A DNA stretch of 63,477 nucleotides, counting the filler, from Aduncisulcus paluster (Eukaryota), in assembly GCA_024181965.1 (NCBI GenBank). It is 7 parts of 7 records of this genome, joined end to end, with 100 filler letters (N's around TTAATTAATTAA, not from the genome) between each part and the next. Parts side by side here need not be neighbours in the genome. Positions count along the whole stretch, not along the records: positions 41,971 to 57,451 come from BQXS01009949.1; positions 57,552 to 63,477 come from BQXS01009974.1; 5 more parts are not named here. One strand, 5' to 3'. The notes under the pieces were generated by a model. The model ran no database searches, was not told the DNA's origin, and saw nothing but the letters and a program-made list of their open reading frames with translations. Position numbers and translations under genes: made by a program. Of this stretch, positions 49,326-61,300 are shown piece by piece. Numbering within the stretch: the stretch's first letter is position 1; each line of letters starts with the position of its first letter.

Positions 49326-51290
49326 GGCTCACCCAAAAGCAGAAGCGAAATTTATCGTGCGGACTGATGCAAGTACAACAGGAATGGGTGGAGCATTAAT
49401 CCAAAAGGTGGATGGAAAAGAAGAAATATTGTCTCTATTCACAAAGAAATTCACACCAGCGGAAAAGAAATGGAGCACTATAGAACAGGAAGGATATGCA
49501 ATGGTATATGGAATAACAAAGAATATATATCATTTATTAGGGAGGAAATTCTTTGTGGAAACAGATCACTTGAACCTAAAATACATTTATAAATCAGAAA
49601 TACCAAAGCTGGTACGCTGGAAATTACAACTATCTGTTTTCTCATTCACCATTGATCATATTCCTGGAAAATAAAAATACAATTGCTGATTTCCTTTCGA
49701 GAATAGAAACAATCGCAAAACAAAAAGAAAAAACAGCCTGTGGAAACAGAGATAAATAAGGAGAATGATACTCCTAAATTAAGAAAAGAAGCCCTATCAG
49801 CGGAAAAAGTCTCTTCTAGTACATCGGAAGTAGATGATAAGGAAGAATCTCCAGAGATACAGAAAGAAACCGAAGAATCAATAAGAAAATGGCTGAATGT
49901 TGTGCCTTCCTCGGGAACCAGTTCTCGAGAGTATGAGTAAGTCGTAATTCTTCTATGCTCCTGGATAAACTCACCAAGTGGGTCTTGGATGTTTGAAATG
50001 TCCTTTTGGTGGATACTGCCTTCAAATGTTAAGATGTAAGTGATTGTAAATAATAAAGATCATAAGCTTAGAATGTGTATAGACTTCAGAGACTTAAACA
50101 AAATAACCAAACCCTACCATTTTCGCAACTTATGAGAAGCCGGAACAGCGGGAAGAACGAGGCTCGATAGCCAGGGATAAAAGGGAAAACGAAAGAAAAG
50201 AAAACGAAAGAAAATTATTAGAGATGTAAAGGAAGTTAAAATAAGAACAAAACGAAACATACAAACGCAAAATGGAAGTTTGATAAATTGATCAAAATCG
50301 AATAACGATTTGTTCTCAAGGATGAGGAAAGTTGATGAAGAATAGTGCGAACCATTCTTATCCACTTCCTCGTATTGACGAAATACTTGATGGATTATCG
50401 GGCTGCACCATCTTTGGATTGGTTAATGCTCCAAGACATTTCCAAATGGTAATGAATACGATCTTTGCTGATCTAATTGGAGTGAGTTGCTTTATTTATA
50501 TTGACGACATTGATTTTTGGGAAAGACAATGCGGAGTTCCTAACAAATCTAACAAGAGTTATGGAAAGAATTAAGAAGACGAATCTGAAATTAAACGAAA
50601 AGAAATGTGTCGTGGGAGCAATGCAGATCCGCTATTTGGGTTATATCCTTTCGGAGGAAGGTCGAAGAATTGACCCTGAAAGAATAGAAGCATTGGAGAA
50701 GATAAAGATACCTCAAAGCAAAAAAGATGTCAGATCTTTGCTCGGAATGATTAATTTTTGTAGAGATTATATTCCTAATTGTTCACAAATAACCGCTAGT
50801 TTATCGAAAATGATTCATAAAGATGTGGAGTTTGTGTGGACCAGTGAGCAACAAACAGCTTTTGACTCTGTTTTGAGAATTCTAAAGTCAGCTCCTCCTT
50901 TATCTCTTATTCGGGATGACCAGGAGACTTCCGTATATACAGATGCTAGTGACTATAGGTTGGAGGAGTAGTATTACATCATATTTCGAAAGTGGAAAAG
51001 GTTCCACTGTTACTTCACCTCTAAAACATTGACAACTACAGAAAGGAGATGGAGTGTGATCGAGAAAGAACTTTTTGGAATCATTCATACGATCAGAAAA
51101 GCAGAAAAATACCTAAGAGGAAGATCCTTTACTCTTTATGTAGATCACCGAAATATTACCTTTTTGAAACAAACTCCGAATCAGAAAATGATGCGATGTT
51201 ATCTATTTGGGTTCGATTTCTAGATCAAACACGTTGCTGGAGAAGACAATGGAGTAGCTGATGCGTTGTCGCGACTTTTGGAGATAAAGA
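49324..51290 (+). mobile_element. Ty3/gypsy RNase H and RT fragments from several lineages
   Basis: RTDAS..WSTIEQE..ETDH (49324-49700); LRMCIDFRDLN (about 50070); YPLPRID..FGLVNAP..YIDD..YTDAS..WSVIEKE..VDH (50345-51280). Confidence 0.9.
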
Positions 51291-51559
51291 AACAGAAGAA
51301 GAAAGAAACTTTACATTTTATAAAAGAAGGAGCTAAAATCCTGTCTGATGATTCCTTACAGATGAAAATCCTGGCAGAACAGAAGAAAAAGTGGCAAGTG
51401 TCACGAGCTTGGACACATGGCAATTCACTGCCCTAATGGGCAGAAAGAATCGCTTGACTGAGCCAAGCAGGCACTGGCCATACCCGAAGAGAGTAAAGTC
51501 GACTCTCCGTATTTTGACCTTTCCGTTTGGACGACCGAGCAGCCTCTGTTCAAACTCCA

Positions 51560-52634
51560 GCGTTGGTGGACACAGGATCATCTTTGAATCTGATTAGCCA
51601 AGATTTACTTTATAAGTTGACACCCACACAGACGCTGGGCATTAGAAGAAGCAAGTGCATGATTGAGCTTGCTGACGGGTCAAGAATTGGACGAGGAGCA
51701 AGATGTTGTTATAGACAGTGAGGATGATGATGAAGACATTGTAGAATTTGTGGAAAGCCAGGACATGTTGAAAAGCGAGGATGTGGAGATTCAGGTAATG
51801 ATGCATCAGGCATTTAAGGAGTATCATGAAACGGTAAAGTCGTTGGAACCGGCCAGGGTGCATCCGGTGGTCCTCGAGTTGATCGGGGGAGCTAAGGAAG
51901 TTGCACAACCCCCAAGGAAGGTCCCGTATCATTATCAAGAGTTAGAAAGAGAGATGATTACTGACTTGCTGAAGAAAGGATTCAGGAAGAGTTCGAGTTC
52001 ATTTGCAAGCCCGATACTTCTGGTACCAAAGAAAAATGGTCAAATGCATATGTGCATCGATTATAGAGAGTTGAATAAGCTCTTGGTACATAATCGTCAT
52101 CCAATTCCGCGACCGGAAGATCTGTTCCAAATTCTTCAAGGAAAGAGTTGGTTTGCATCATTTGATATAAAGAATGGATATTATGCTTGTACACTTGCTA
52201 GAGAAAGCCAAGAAATAACTGCGTTCTGCACACCATTCGGTTTATATGAATGGTTAAGACTCCCGTTTGGTTTGAAAATTGCACCGGCTTATTTTCAAAG
52301 AATTATGACGGATATGTTAGGAGACTTACGAAGTCAGGGAGTGGTCGTGTATTTAGATGATATTTTAATTTGTGCCGAAACGAAGGAAAAGTTGGTGGAG
52401 TTAGTGAAAGAAGTTCTGAGAAGACTACAAGAAAAGAACTCGATCATTAATGTGGGGAAGTCGTTTGTAGGAAAGCAAAAGATTAGATTTTTGGGATTCG
52501 AGTTCTCTGAAGAGGGAAAAAGGATTGTAGAGGACGAGTTCAAGCGGTGATGGAAATGGCTAGACCCACTGACAAAAAGGGTGTCAGGAGGTTCCTTGGT
52601 ATTTGTAATTATGTGCGGGATTTTGTGCCACGTA
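51560..52634 (+). mobile_element. Ty3/gypsy protease-RT fragment
   Basis: ALVDTGS, MCIDYRELN, LPFGLKIAP, YLDD. Confidence 0.92.
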
Positions 52635-52911
52635 NNNNNNNNNNNNNNNNNNNNGAAGGAAAAGTTGGTGGAGTTAGTGAAAGAAGTTCTGAGAAGACTA
52701 CAAGAAAAGAACTCGATCATTAATGTGGGGAAGTCGTTTGTAGGAAAGCAAAAGATTAGATTTTTGGGATTCGAGTTCTCTGAAGAGGGAAAAAGGATTG
52801 TAGAGGACGAGTTCAAGCGGTGATGGAAATGGCTAGACCCACTGACAAAAAGGGTGTCAGGAGGTTCCTTGGTATTTGTAATTATGTGCGGGATTTTGTG
52901 CCACGTATGGC

Positions 52912-54545
52912 TGTGTAACTTCTCAGTGATCTATATTTAGAACCTTGATCGCTCCGATCACTTTTATTCAATAAATTGCTAACAACCTACAATATTAATA
53001 TTAATTGGTTGAAAATTTTTGTATGACAAAGGATTCAGCAAAAGTAACGAGCGTTATTACTGCCGAAATGGCTCCTAAAATGCCCAGGTTGGAGGACTTG
53101 ACGAGTACCAAGTGGAGCGAGTTTATGAACGACTTCGACCATTACCGTACGCTGGGAGGCTTGAAAGAATGGCCGGAAATGGTTGACATTACCGTATTAG
53201 GGATCATAAGAGACCTGGAGGGAGTATCAGAACTGAGGACGACAGCGTCAAGAAAAAAGGCGAAGACAATGGTAGATAAGATCTTCGGGGCGAGTTCAAC
53301 GCTCAACTTGTACGACGAACTACGTCAACTGAGCATGAACAGGGAACTTGCAATGGACGCTTTAATGAGATTTATCAAGGAGTTCAAGGCTGTCAGAAGC
53401 AGAGCTGAGAAGCTCGGAGAGGATAAACCGATCGTGGAGTTGTTTATCGCGGGTCTGTACACGGGCCGTCTAAGAGAATGTGTAAGAGCATGAACCAAGG
53501 AGACACCAATGCTGTTACAGTGGAGTTGAAGAAGATTATTGAGGCAGAATTGACGCATAAGGCTTTAATGAGTGAAAAGTAAGGGTATCGGAACGAAGAT
53601 ACGAAGTTCAAACAAACATGCCAAGTGTGTCGAGGAAACAATGCCACACAGCAAGGGATTGTTGGCACAACAAGGGGAAAAGAAGGTTCTCATCAGCAGC
53701 AGAGAAGACAAGGACATCAACTACGTTCAAAAAACCAAAAAGGGGAGCCCAGTGGGTAACAAGTAAGGACCCACAAAGGAGGAATTGGGCAGAGGTAAAG
53801 AAGAAATTAATTGCGAAATAGAGGAATTGGAAGGAGCCATAAGGGATATGATAACGGATTACGAAAGGAAAATCGATAGAGAAAAGCCTGCTAAGGTCAG
53901 ACCTTTTGAGCTCAAACTTAAGGAAGGAACAAGGCCAATCAATATCAAATGAAGAAAAGTTCCAATTCACCTAAAGGATAAGGTAGAGGAGAAATTAAGA
54001 GAATTACTGGATAGGGGATTCATAAAAAGGAAAAGTAACTCCTTCTCAGCGTCATTGTCGATTCAGTGGAGGAAGTCTGGGGAGATGCGACTTTGCATCG
54101 ACTACCAACAGTTGAACAGAGCGACTTGTGAAGAAAAATACACAACCTCAACCCCAGATGAATTATTCAAGATGTTGGAAGAATATAAAACAATCGCGGC
54201 GATCAATCTTAAATCAGGATATTATAATGTTGCAGTTAAGAAGGAATCCCAAGATAAATAGGCGTTTTCGTCACCTTTGGGGACATTCGTATGGAAAAGA
54301 ATGCCGTTTGACTTACGTACAGCACCTGCACACTTTCAGGAAATTATGACGGGGGTTCTAAGTGATATCATAGGAACTGGTTGCTACGTATACCCGGACG
54401 ACATTTTGGTCATGGGTAGAACGGATGAAGAATTTTTTTGTAATCTGAAAATGGTAATCGGAAGACTTGCGGACGCGAAATCTATATTTAATTACAAGAA
54501 AACGAAATTTGTAACAAGGTCAGTGACGTATTTAGGATACGTACC
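52912..54545 (+). mobile_element. Degenerate gypsy element: LTR end, gag with zinc knuckle, protease deleted, RT
   Basis: Gag WSEFMNDFDHYRTLGG ~ intact WKTFMKEYEHYRTLGG; knuckle remnant C..HTARDC; RLCIDY, MPFDL, YPDD. Upstream DNA resembles 58255-58340. Confidence 0.88.
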
Positions 54546-54604
54546 TAGGATTACTATTTATCTGGATATTATTACTAATATGGTAGTACCAGAAATAACA
54601 CCCC

Positions 54605-55455
54605 AGAAGGAGAGGGGGGAATGAGGAAATTTCTTAATTTGAAAAGGATTATGGAAGGAAAAGAAATAATTACAAGGCTACAGAGTGATTCAAAAGGAGT
54701 TAGAGGATCTTGTGATAGCAAGAAGGAAGATAGCAAAAATGAAGGATTCTTGGAAAATTGTGGCGAATGCTAGCTCTTGGAGCTTGCGAGCCTTCCAGAA
54801 CTCGCATACGAGGCTTATACGAGGTCATTGTAGACCTGAAACAATAAATTGTAATACAGAAGACTCTTCGGAGGTTGGCTGAATCACAGTATTAATACTA
54901 CTAGTATTATATAGTATATAAACAGCTAAAAATTTTATACTTAAATAGGGAAGTGAAAGGATAATGTTATCAATGGATTATAAAATCCCTGAGTTAAGGG
55001 CCTGGTCAAAAGATAATTGGAAGAAATTCACGGACGAAGTCAGACTTTATGAAGCAAGAGGTCAGAAACGATGGTTCAATTTAGGTGATCCGGTGTTGTT
55101 GGATACCTTAAAAATGCTTAAAAGAGGTGAAATGACCAAATCCGTAAGGACTATGAGGCGGATCCTAAAGATGCGACAAAAAGTCGAGATTATTTTTTGG
55201 AACTTAAGGAAAAGTTAAATGAAGATATTTCACCAAAAACAACGACTGAATTTTATGATAGATTGCAATCTACGAAAATGGAACATTTTTTAAGGAAGAA
55301 TTCTTTATGGATTATCTGGTAGAGTTCCAACGTGAGATAAAGGCTTTCTCATCATTTGGATCGTTCGACGTTGTTAAAATATTCATTAAAAGTCTCTGGC
55401 CAAAGAGATTTGGCGATAGGGTACGAAATGAAGTAGAAACATTAAAAACGAAATG
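54605..55455 (+). mobile_element. Polypurine tract, candidate LTR (about 54622-54888) and degenerate gag
   Basis: AGAAGGAGAGGGGGGAA then TG; AATAAA near 54843; ...CA at 54886-54888; gag NWKKFTDEVRLYEARG and IFIKSLWPKR. Confidence 0.6.
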
Positions 55456-55569
55456 ACAGGCTTCAGAAAAGAAAAAGAAGATTAAGTTAGATCCTTTGGG
55501 ATCTCCTGGTGATACCCAGAAGGAGGATTCAAAATCCAAGACCAAAGGAAAACCTTTGTCGGACTTTGG

Positions 55570-55830
55570 GGCGGTGATTGTTGCTGCCCGGACGGAGTGG
55601 GTGGAACTTGTAGCGGCACCTTCAACAACCGCGATCTCAGCTGATGATGCGATCTTTGGGAACATTTTCTGCAGATTTGGAGCCCCTCATCAGATTCGAA
55701 GTGATAACGGTACTCAGTATGTAAACAAGGTAATTAAGGAACTGATGAAGATGACCGGTCAAACACAAAATTACTTTACCATACCACCCCAAGGAAATAG
55801 CATCTGCGAGAGAATTAATGGAGAGGTTAC
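55570..55830 (+). mobile_element. Retroelement integrase core fragment
   Basis: FGAPHQIRSDNGTQY...GNSICERIN (second D and E of DDE). Confidence 0.88.
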
Positions 55831-56210
55831 TCGAATTTTACGATTTCATCGAAGGAAGCTCCCACTGGGTTCAACTTTCATTCGGCCACATCGTTCTGCT
55901 TACTGCAATTGCCAATCAATTTATACACGAGGCACAAGTGGCATCTACTGATAGCGATTGTGAGAAAGTAATTGAGAATTATAAGAATTTTCTTGATATT
56001 CTCTCTCCCCTTTGTGCGAAATGCGATATTTTCTCTACGTCAGCCCCGATTCGTAAGATAAAAACGCATCTTCTGCTCCACATTCAACAATGGGTCAGAT
56101 ATGGAGGCTCATTATACAACTATTCTGCCGAGGCTGGAGAGCGAATGAACTCTTCAGTGTTCAGGCTATATAGGTATATACGTACACAGTCTACAAGACA
56201 TGTATGATTG
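55830..56210 (+). mobile_element. DNA-transposase fragment (CMC/EnSpm- or Plavaka-like)
   Basis: KIKTHLLLHIQQWVRYGGSLYNYSAEAGERMN fits the H-x-L-x-H...G...E-x2-N pattern. Confidence 0.65.
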
Positions 56211-56509
56211 GTTCCTTATCATTACCTTTCTTGCTTCCCGACTCTGACTCCACTGAAGCTGCGTCAATTCGATTCCAACGAGGAAAGTGTTATTTTTTTG
56301 CTACAGAAGAATTGGATGATAGTGTGATAATGGTTTCATCACTTTGTGAAGACAGGAATTGTTCATGGTTCCATTTACACTTATCATTCGCCTGCATCGA
56401 TTGGTCATGGGGTGAAACATCAATAGGGTAACAGACACGAACTTTTCAAAATGACAAAAAATTAACATTAATAAATATTGATAAACAAATAATCCAATTA
56501 AATTTATAA

Positions 56510-56900
56510 ATGGAAGTGCCTGATATATTTATTTCAAATATTTTGAGTCAAACTTGGAGAAAAGAAACCATCCTTGAAAAACTTTACAAAATACACTCAA
56601 CCCTCACATCTCAAGAAATCAGGACTCACTTATTGCGCAGCCTCAAAATTACAAAAGATGAAAAGATTATTTGTATTTTATGTCATTCTAACCCTTTTTT
56701 ATTTAATTCTAGATCAGCTGCCTCTCATATTTCCTCTTCAAACCATCTTCATTTATTTAAGCAGTCTCTAAAACCTACTCCAATTCAAGGTAAAAGACGA
56801 CATGCTGAGGAGGTAATTATGCTCAAAATGCTAAAACATGGAATGAGCCTGAATCACATTAGTGATTTATTCGATACATGAAATCGAACGAAGGGGTAAA
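56510..56900 (+). mobile_element. hAT-family N-terminal zinc-finger fragment
   Basis: CILC...HISSSNH then IQGKRRH, shared with the 48149 fragment that leads into hAT catalytic motifs. Confidence 0.7.
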
Positions 56901-57636
56901 TTTGAGAAATCAAGCCATTACGAAAAAAACAACACATTATCTAGGACCAAATCAGAGAAAAATTAACCGATTAATAGAGATTGGGAGCTTTATTCCGCGA
57001 ATTTCAGATATTTTAGTTCGGTTAGTGTTGGTTTAATAACCTTTATAATGATGGTGGAGCAAATTTATTAATTTGGGAATAAAGAAATGCGCGAAGAGAA
57101 GTAAAAAAAGTGATCTGCAAAGAACACAAAAACTTCCAGATGTGATCTTCTGTAATAAGATAGTAATAAACATTCTAATATCGAAATAAATATATTAATT
57201 AAAATCGTATTATAAAATATATATTAAATATTCAATAATAATACCCCTTAAAGAAAATAATAAAAACGTCTGCTTTTGGCAACAGCCGTGTTATTCTAAC
57301 ACTGCCCCTCCTTTCAAAGGGATTAACAATAAATAATGCGGATGTTCCAAAACGTTATTTCTTCTTCCTGCCTCTTTTCTTGGAAGGACGTTCCCCACTC
57401 TGAATCACCGCAGAAAAGATTTCGGGGTGTTGTAATAAGTAAATTTCAAATNNNNNNNNNNNNNNNNNNNNNNNNNNNNNNNNNNNNNNNNNNNNTTAAT
57501 TAATTAANNNNNNNNNNNNNNNNNNNNNNNNNNNNNNNNNNNNNNNNNNNNGCTGAAATGCCACGGACAGCACTGTAAGCCACGGGTCGGTGCATCCGAA
57601 GATTCCATAAAAGCCAATGCCATATGATAGCTGCAA

Positions 57637-57900
57637 GTTTGTTGTTGTTGTTGTTTGTCGTGTCCCTGGATATGTTGTTGTTTGTGTTGGATTCTGTTGT
57701 GTCGAAGCCAGTTGTTGTGTTGTGTTGTTGTTGTGTTGTTGTGTTGTGTTGTTGTTGTGTTGTTGTGTTGTTGTTGTGTTGTTGTGTTGTTGTGTTGTTG
57801 TGTTGTTGTGTTGTTGTTGTTGTGTGTACGCCATATGTCGTGTTATGTGTTGTATGTGTACGCCATTTGATTGTGATTGTATGTGTGTTCATGTTTGCAT
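57637..57900. repeat. Irregular (TG/TTG)n simple repeat
   Basis: gttgttgtgttgtgttgttgttgtgttgtt... core at 57711-57827. Confidence 0.9.
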
Positions 57901-57980
57901 TGATGCTGTATGCGTCATGCGCCCATTTTGATCAGAATACCGACCGTAGCCGGTATATGCTACACGAACGGATCTGAGAG

Positions 57981-58340
57981 TGTTGTTTGCTTAAATAATA
58001 GTTGTTTGTTGACGCCAAGAGAATGATCACGAAGAGGAAAACAGGGTTTCGGCCATGAGATGACCTCTTCAAGTGAGAGGAGGATGTGGTGACCATTCTC
58101 AGGGACATTCTAAAAATAGATTGGTTCGCTCGAGATCATCGACGAACTTCCGAAACCAAAGGAAAATATACTTTCCCAGATCAAAACTGATTTCGAGAAA
58201 ATAGGAATAATGAAACGAAAGATAGTTGGAATTGTTAGTGACAGAGAACCTTGTTAGTTTCTCAGATCTATTTATAGAACAGATGGTCATCCCGTTTATT
58301 TGAATAAATTGTATACCAGTTTAAGCTTAAATTAGCAACA
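57981..58340 (+). repeat. Candidate 5' LTR of the chromovirus (start 57981 or 58007)
   Basis: TGTTG...CAACA termini, AATAAA at 58303, and 3' part similar to 52912-52984. No second copy available to fix the boundaries. Confidence 0.45.
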
Positions 58341-58353
58341 ATAATATTATTGA

Positions 58354-61300
58354 ATGCCCAAACATGGTAAAATCATTAGAATTGGCGTAGCCAAAATGAA
58401 GGAAAAAGAGGTTCCGACTCCTTACCTAGAATCCCTCGATTCAGAGAACTGGAAGACGTTCATGAAGGAATACGAGCACTACCGTACGCTTGGAGGCCGC
58501 CGAGCTTGGCCGTTTTTATGTTCTTCTAAGGCTTTAAGGTTAATCTCAATCATCGCCAATATCAAGGATTTCTCCAACAGAGAAAACCGAATCGCAGCGA
58601 AAGGGAAGGTCGGAAAGGTTTACAGAGGCGATTCTCCCCAGAGCCTTTCAGATACTCTAAAAGGAATAAGAATGGAGCACTCTTTAACAATGAAGGCAAT
58701 ATCCGATTATATATCCGATTTCGACACGAGTCGAAGCCTTGATCCAACTGCTTTGGAAGGGAAAGCGTTCGTGAATCTCTTTATTGGAGGTCTCTTTCCA
58801 CCCAGATTAAGAGTCCGCGTTCGTACCGCTATCGGTCCGGACAGCGAGGACGTTGAGGAGGCTATAAGACAGTCCCTAGAACATGGAAGTGATTTGGTTC
58901 GTTGTGTAGAGGAAGGCCGCGTTGTTCTGAAACAACTAGGCTCAAGGGAACAAGGAAAAGACTCTAAACCTACTCCTCCACGCCACGACTCGAAACCAGA
59001 GGAAAAAGAAAAATCAGACCGCCCCAGGAATGCTTTTGGTGGTAAAAGAAGGAAGTTCCATTCAAAGTTCAAACCGAGTCCTACTAAAAAACAATCTCAC
59101 GCGGGGTTACAGCAGGACAAGCCCGTTGGAAAGAAACCCAAGTTCCTAAAGGGGATTTTCTGCAAAGACTGCCACGAAGAGGGTCATTACAGCTATAACT
59201 GCCCACTTCGCAGTAAATCCAACGGTAAGTATCTTTTTAATATTAACGGAACCGATCCCTCAGTTAAAACAGCCTTTATCTCGGGTTCGTCGGATAAAGA
59301 ATTTAAAGTCTCATATTTATTAGACACAGGGGCAACCCAGTCGGTTATCACAGACAATACAGTTAAAAGGTGTGGCTTACAATCAAAACCATCGCATATC
59401 AAAGAAGTTTTCCTTGCGAACGGGAGTTCCATCCCTGTTTTAGGATATGTGGAAATTAACATACGTCTTCTAGGCCCTGATGGAGCCAGCATAACGTTTC
59501 CGGACTCTTGCCTTATCATCGAACAAGTCTCTGATAGATCTCCAAATTTACTAATCGGCGAGGAAAAGATCACATCACAGTCCTTATTCGATTGGCAGGA
59601 CCCACAGGTGGAGGAGAATTCGACTTTTATTGAAGATGAATTATATGAAGAATTAGTTTCTCCCTTGGACGACATGGGTTCGGAATGGGAATGCGAAATC
59701 GACGAATTAATTCCAGAAATAACGGAACTCTTGCATCAATATTTCGGAAAAATCGATAAGAGAAAGCCTGCGAAAGTGCCAACCTTCAGTTTATTATTTC
59801 CCCCCGACAAACGTCCTCCGGCCATGAAAGCGAGAAGAGTACCATTCCACCTCCAATCGGAAGTTAAATCCCTTCTCGACGAATTATTGGATTTAGAATT
59901 CATTTCCCCTTCGAAAAGCCCATTCGCAGCACCAATCGTGCTAACGAGAAGAGGAAATGGACAGCTGAGGCTGTGCTGTGACTTCACGAGGTTAAACCAG
60001 ATCACCCCAAATGACCAGTACCCGATCCCAAGACAAGACTCACTTTTCACAGCTTTGGCTGGAAAAACGGTATTTGGTGCCTTAGATCTGCGTCGAGGCT
60101 ATTTCAACATTGAAGTGGCTAAAAATACGAAACATGTCACAGCATTTATAACGCCGTGGGGTTTATTCCAATGGAATCGCATGCCATTTGGTCTAAAGTC
60201 AGCCCCAGCCCACTTCCAACGCTGTGTGAATAATATATTCAAGGATTTGACACCGTGTTGCTGCCTGATTTACTTGGACGACATTCTTGTATATGGGAAA
60301 GATAATGCGGAGTTTATGGCGAATTTGAAAAGAGTTTTGAACCGCCTGGCGGAGTTTAACTTTTGCTTGAACTTGTCGAAATGCAAAATAGGCATGAGGG
60401 AGGTTAAATACTTAGGCTTCATTATTTCTGACAAGGGCCGCAGAATTGATCCTAAAAAGTTGGAAGATTTGCGAAATTTGACCGTTCCAAAATCTCTCAA
60501 AGACCTGCAGAAGATGGTCGGTAAGATAAATTATCTCCGTGAATTTATCCTCGACCACTCCAGGGTTGCCGAGCCTTTAACGAGAATTATGCGGAAACCA
60601 TTTAAATCTTCAGCATGGGGTCCCGAACAATCCGCAGCTTGGGTGAAGATTTTGGAGCAATTAGAACGCTGTATCACCTTGAACCACCCATCATCGACTG
60701 GACATTTTATTGTACGAACAGATGCTTCCAATTCAGGCATTGGTGGGATCTTGCTGCAAACGGACCATTTGGGAAAGGAAAAACTCATCAACCTTTTCGC
60801 ACGTAAATTCAACAAGACGGAATCAAAATGGAGTACTTGCGAACAAGAAGCCTTCGGGGTCTTCTACGGTATCACTTCGAACGCCTATTTTTTATTGGGA
60901 AAACAGTTTGTGGTCGAAACAGATCACCGTAACTTGGGATATATTTATAAGAGCGAAGTCCCCAAATTGATTCGTTGGAGAATGAAATTATCGCCGTTTT
61001 CATTCTCCATCAAACATATTCCAGGAGCCAGTAACTCTACAAGCGATTTTCTATCTCGTTTAGATGAATTTACTGAACCATCAAGACCCTTGCTGATCAC
61101 CCACAGGGACACCAAAGTATTTTCATTAAAAGCTGGAACACCAGACTCAAACAATTTATTATTAAAGAAAATACACATTGAGTTGGGCCACGCTTCTCCC
61201 AAATTAATGATCAATGCCCTGGTCGAAAGAGGAATAAGGTGGAAGTCAATGGCTATGGACGCCAAGTCGATCTGCAAAACGTGTCTAATATGCCAGAAGT

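Noticed and set aside
52382-52907. 253-bp duplication of RT sequence
   Set aside because: Flanks a 20-N gap; same artefact.
9463-57551. Recurrent TTAATTAATTAA palindrome, and gene neighbourhoods across it
   Set aside because: Synthetic linker. Genes on either side are not known to be physically linked.
57496-57977. Cys/Val/Leu-rich and Gln/Thr/Asn-rich ORFs, and similar ones at 9515-9752
   Set aside because: Translations of simple repeats.
58023-58034. ATGATCACGAAG, an exact U1 loop I match
   Set aside because: No ACTTAC 5' motif or Sm site nearby; it lies in a predicted stem within the retroelement LTR/leader.
58012-58388. ACGCCAA/TTGGCGT complementarity as a Tf1-style self-primer
   Set aside because: Only 7 bp, too short to distinguish from chance.
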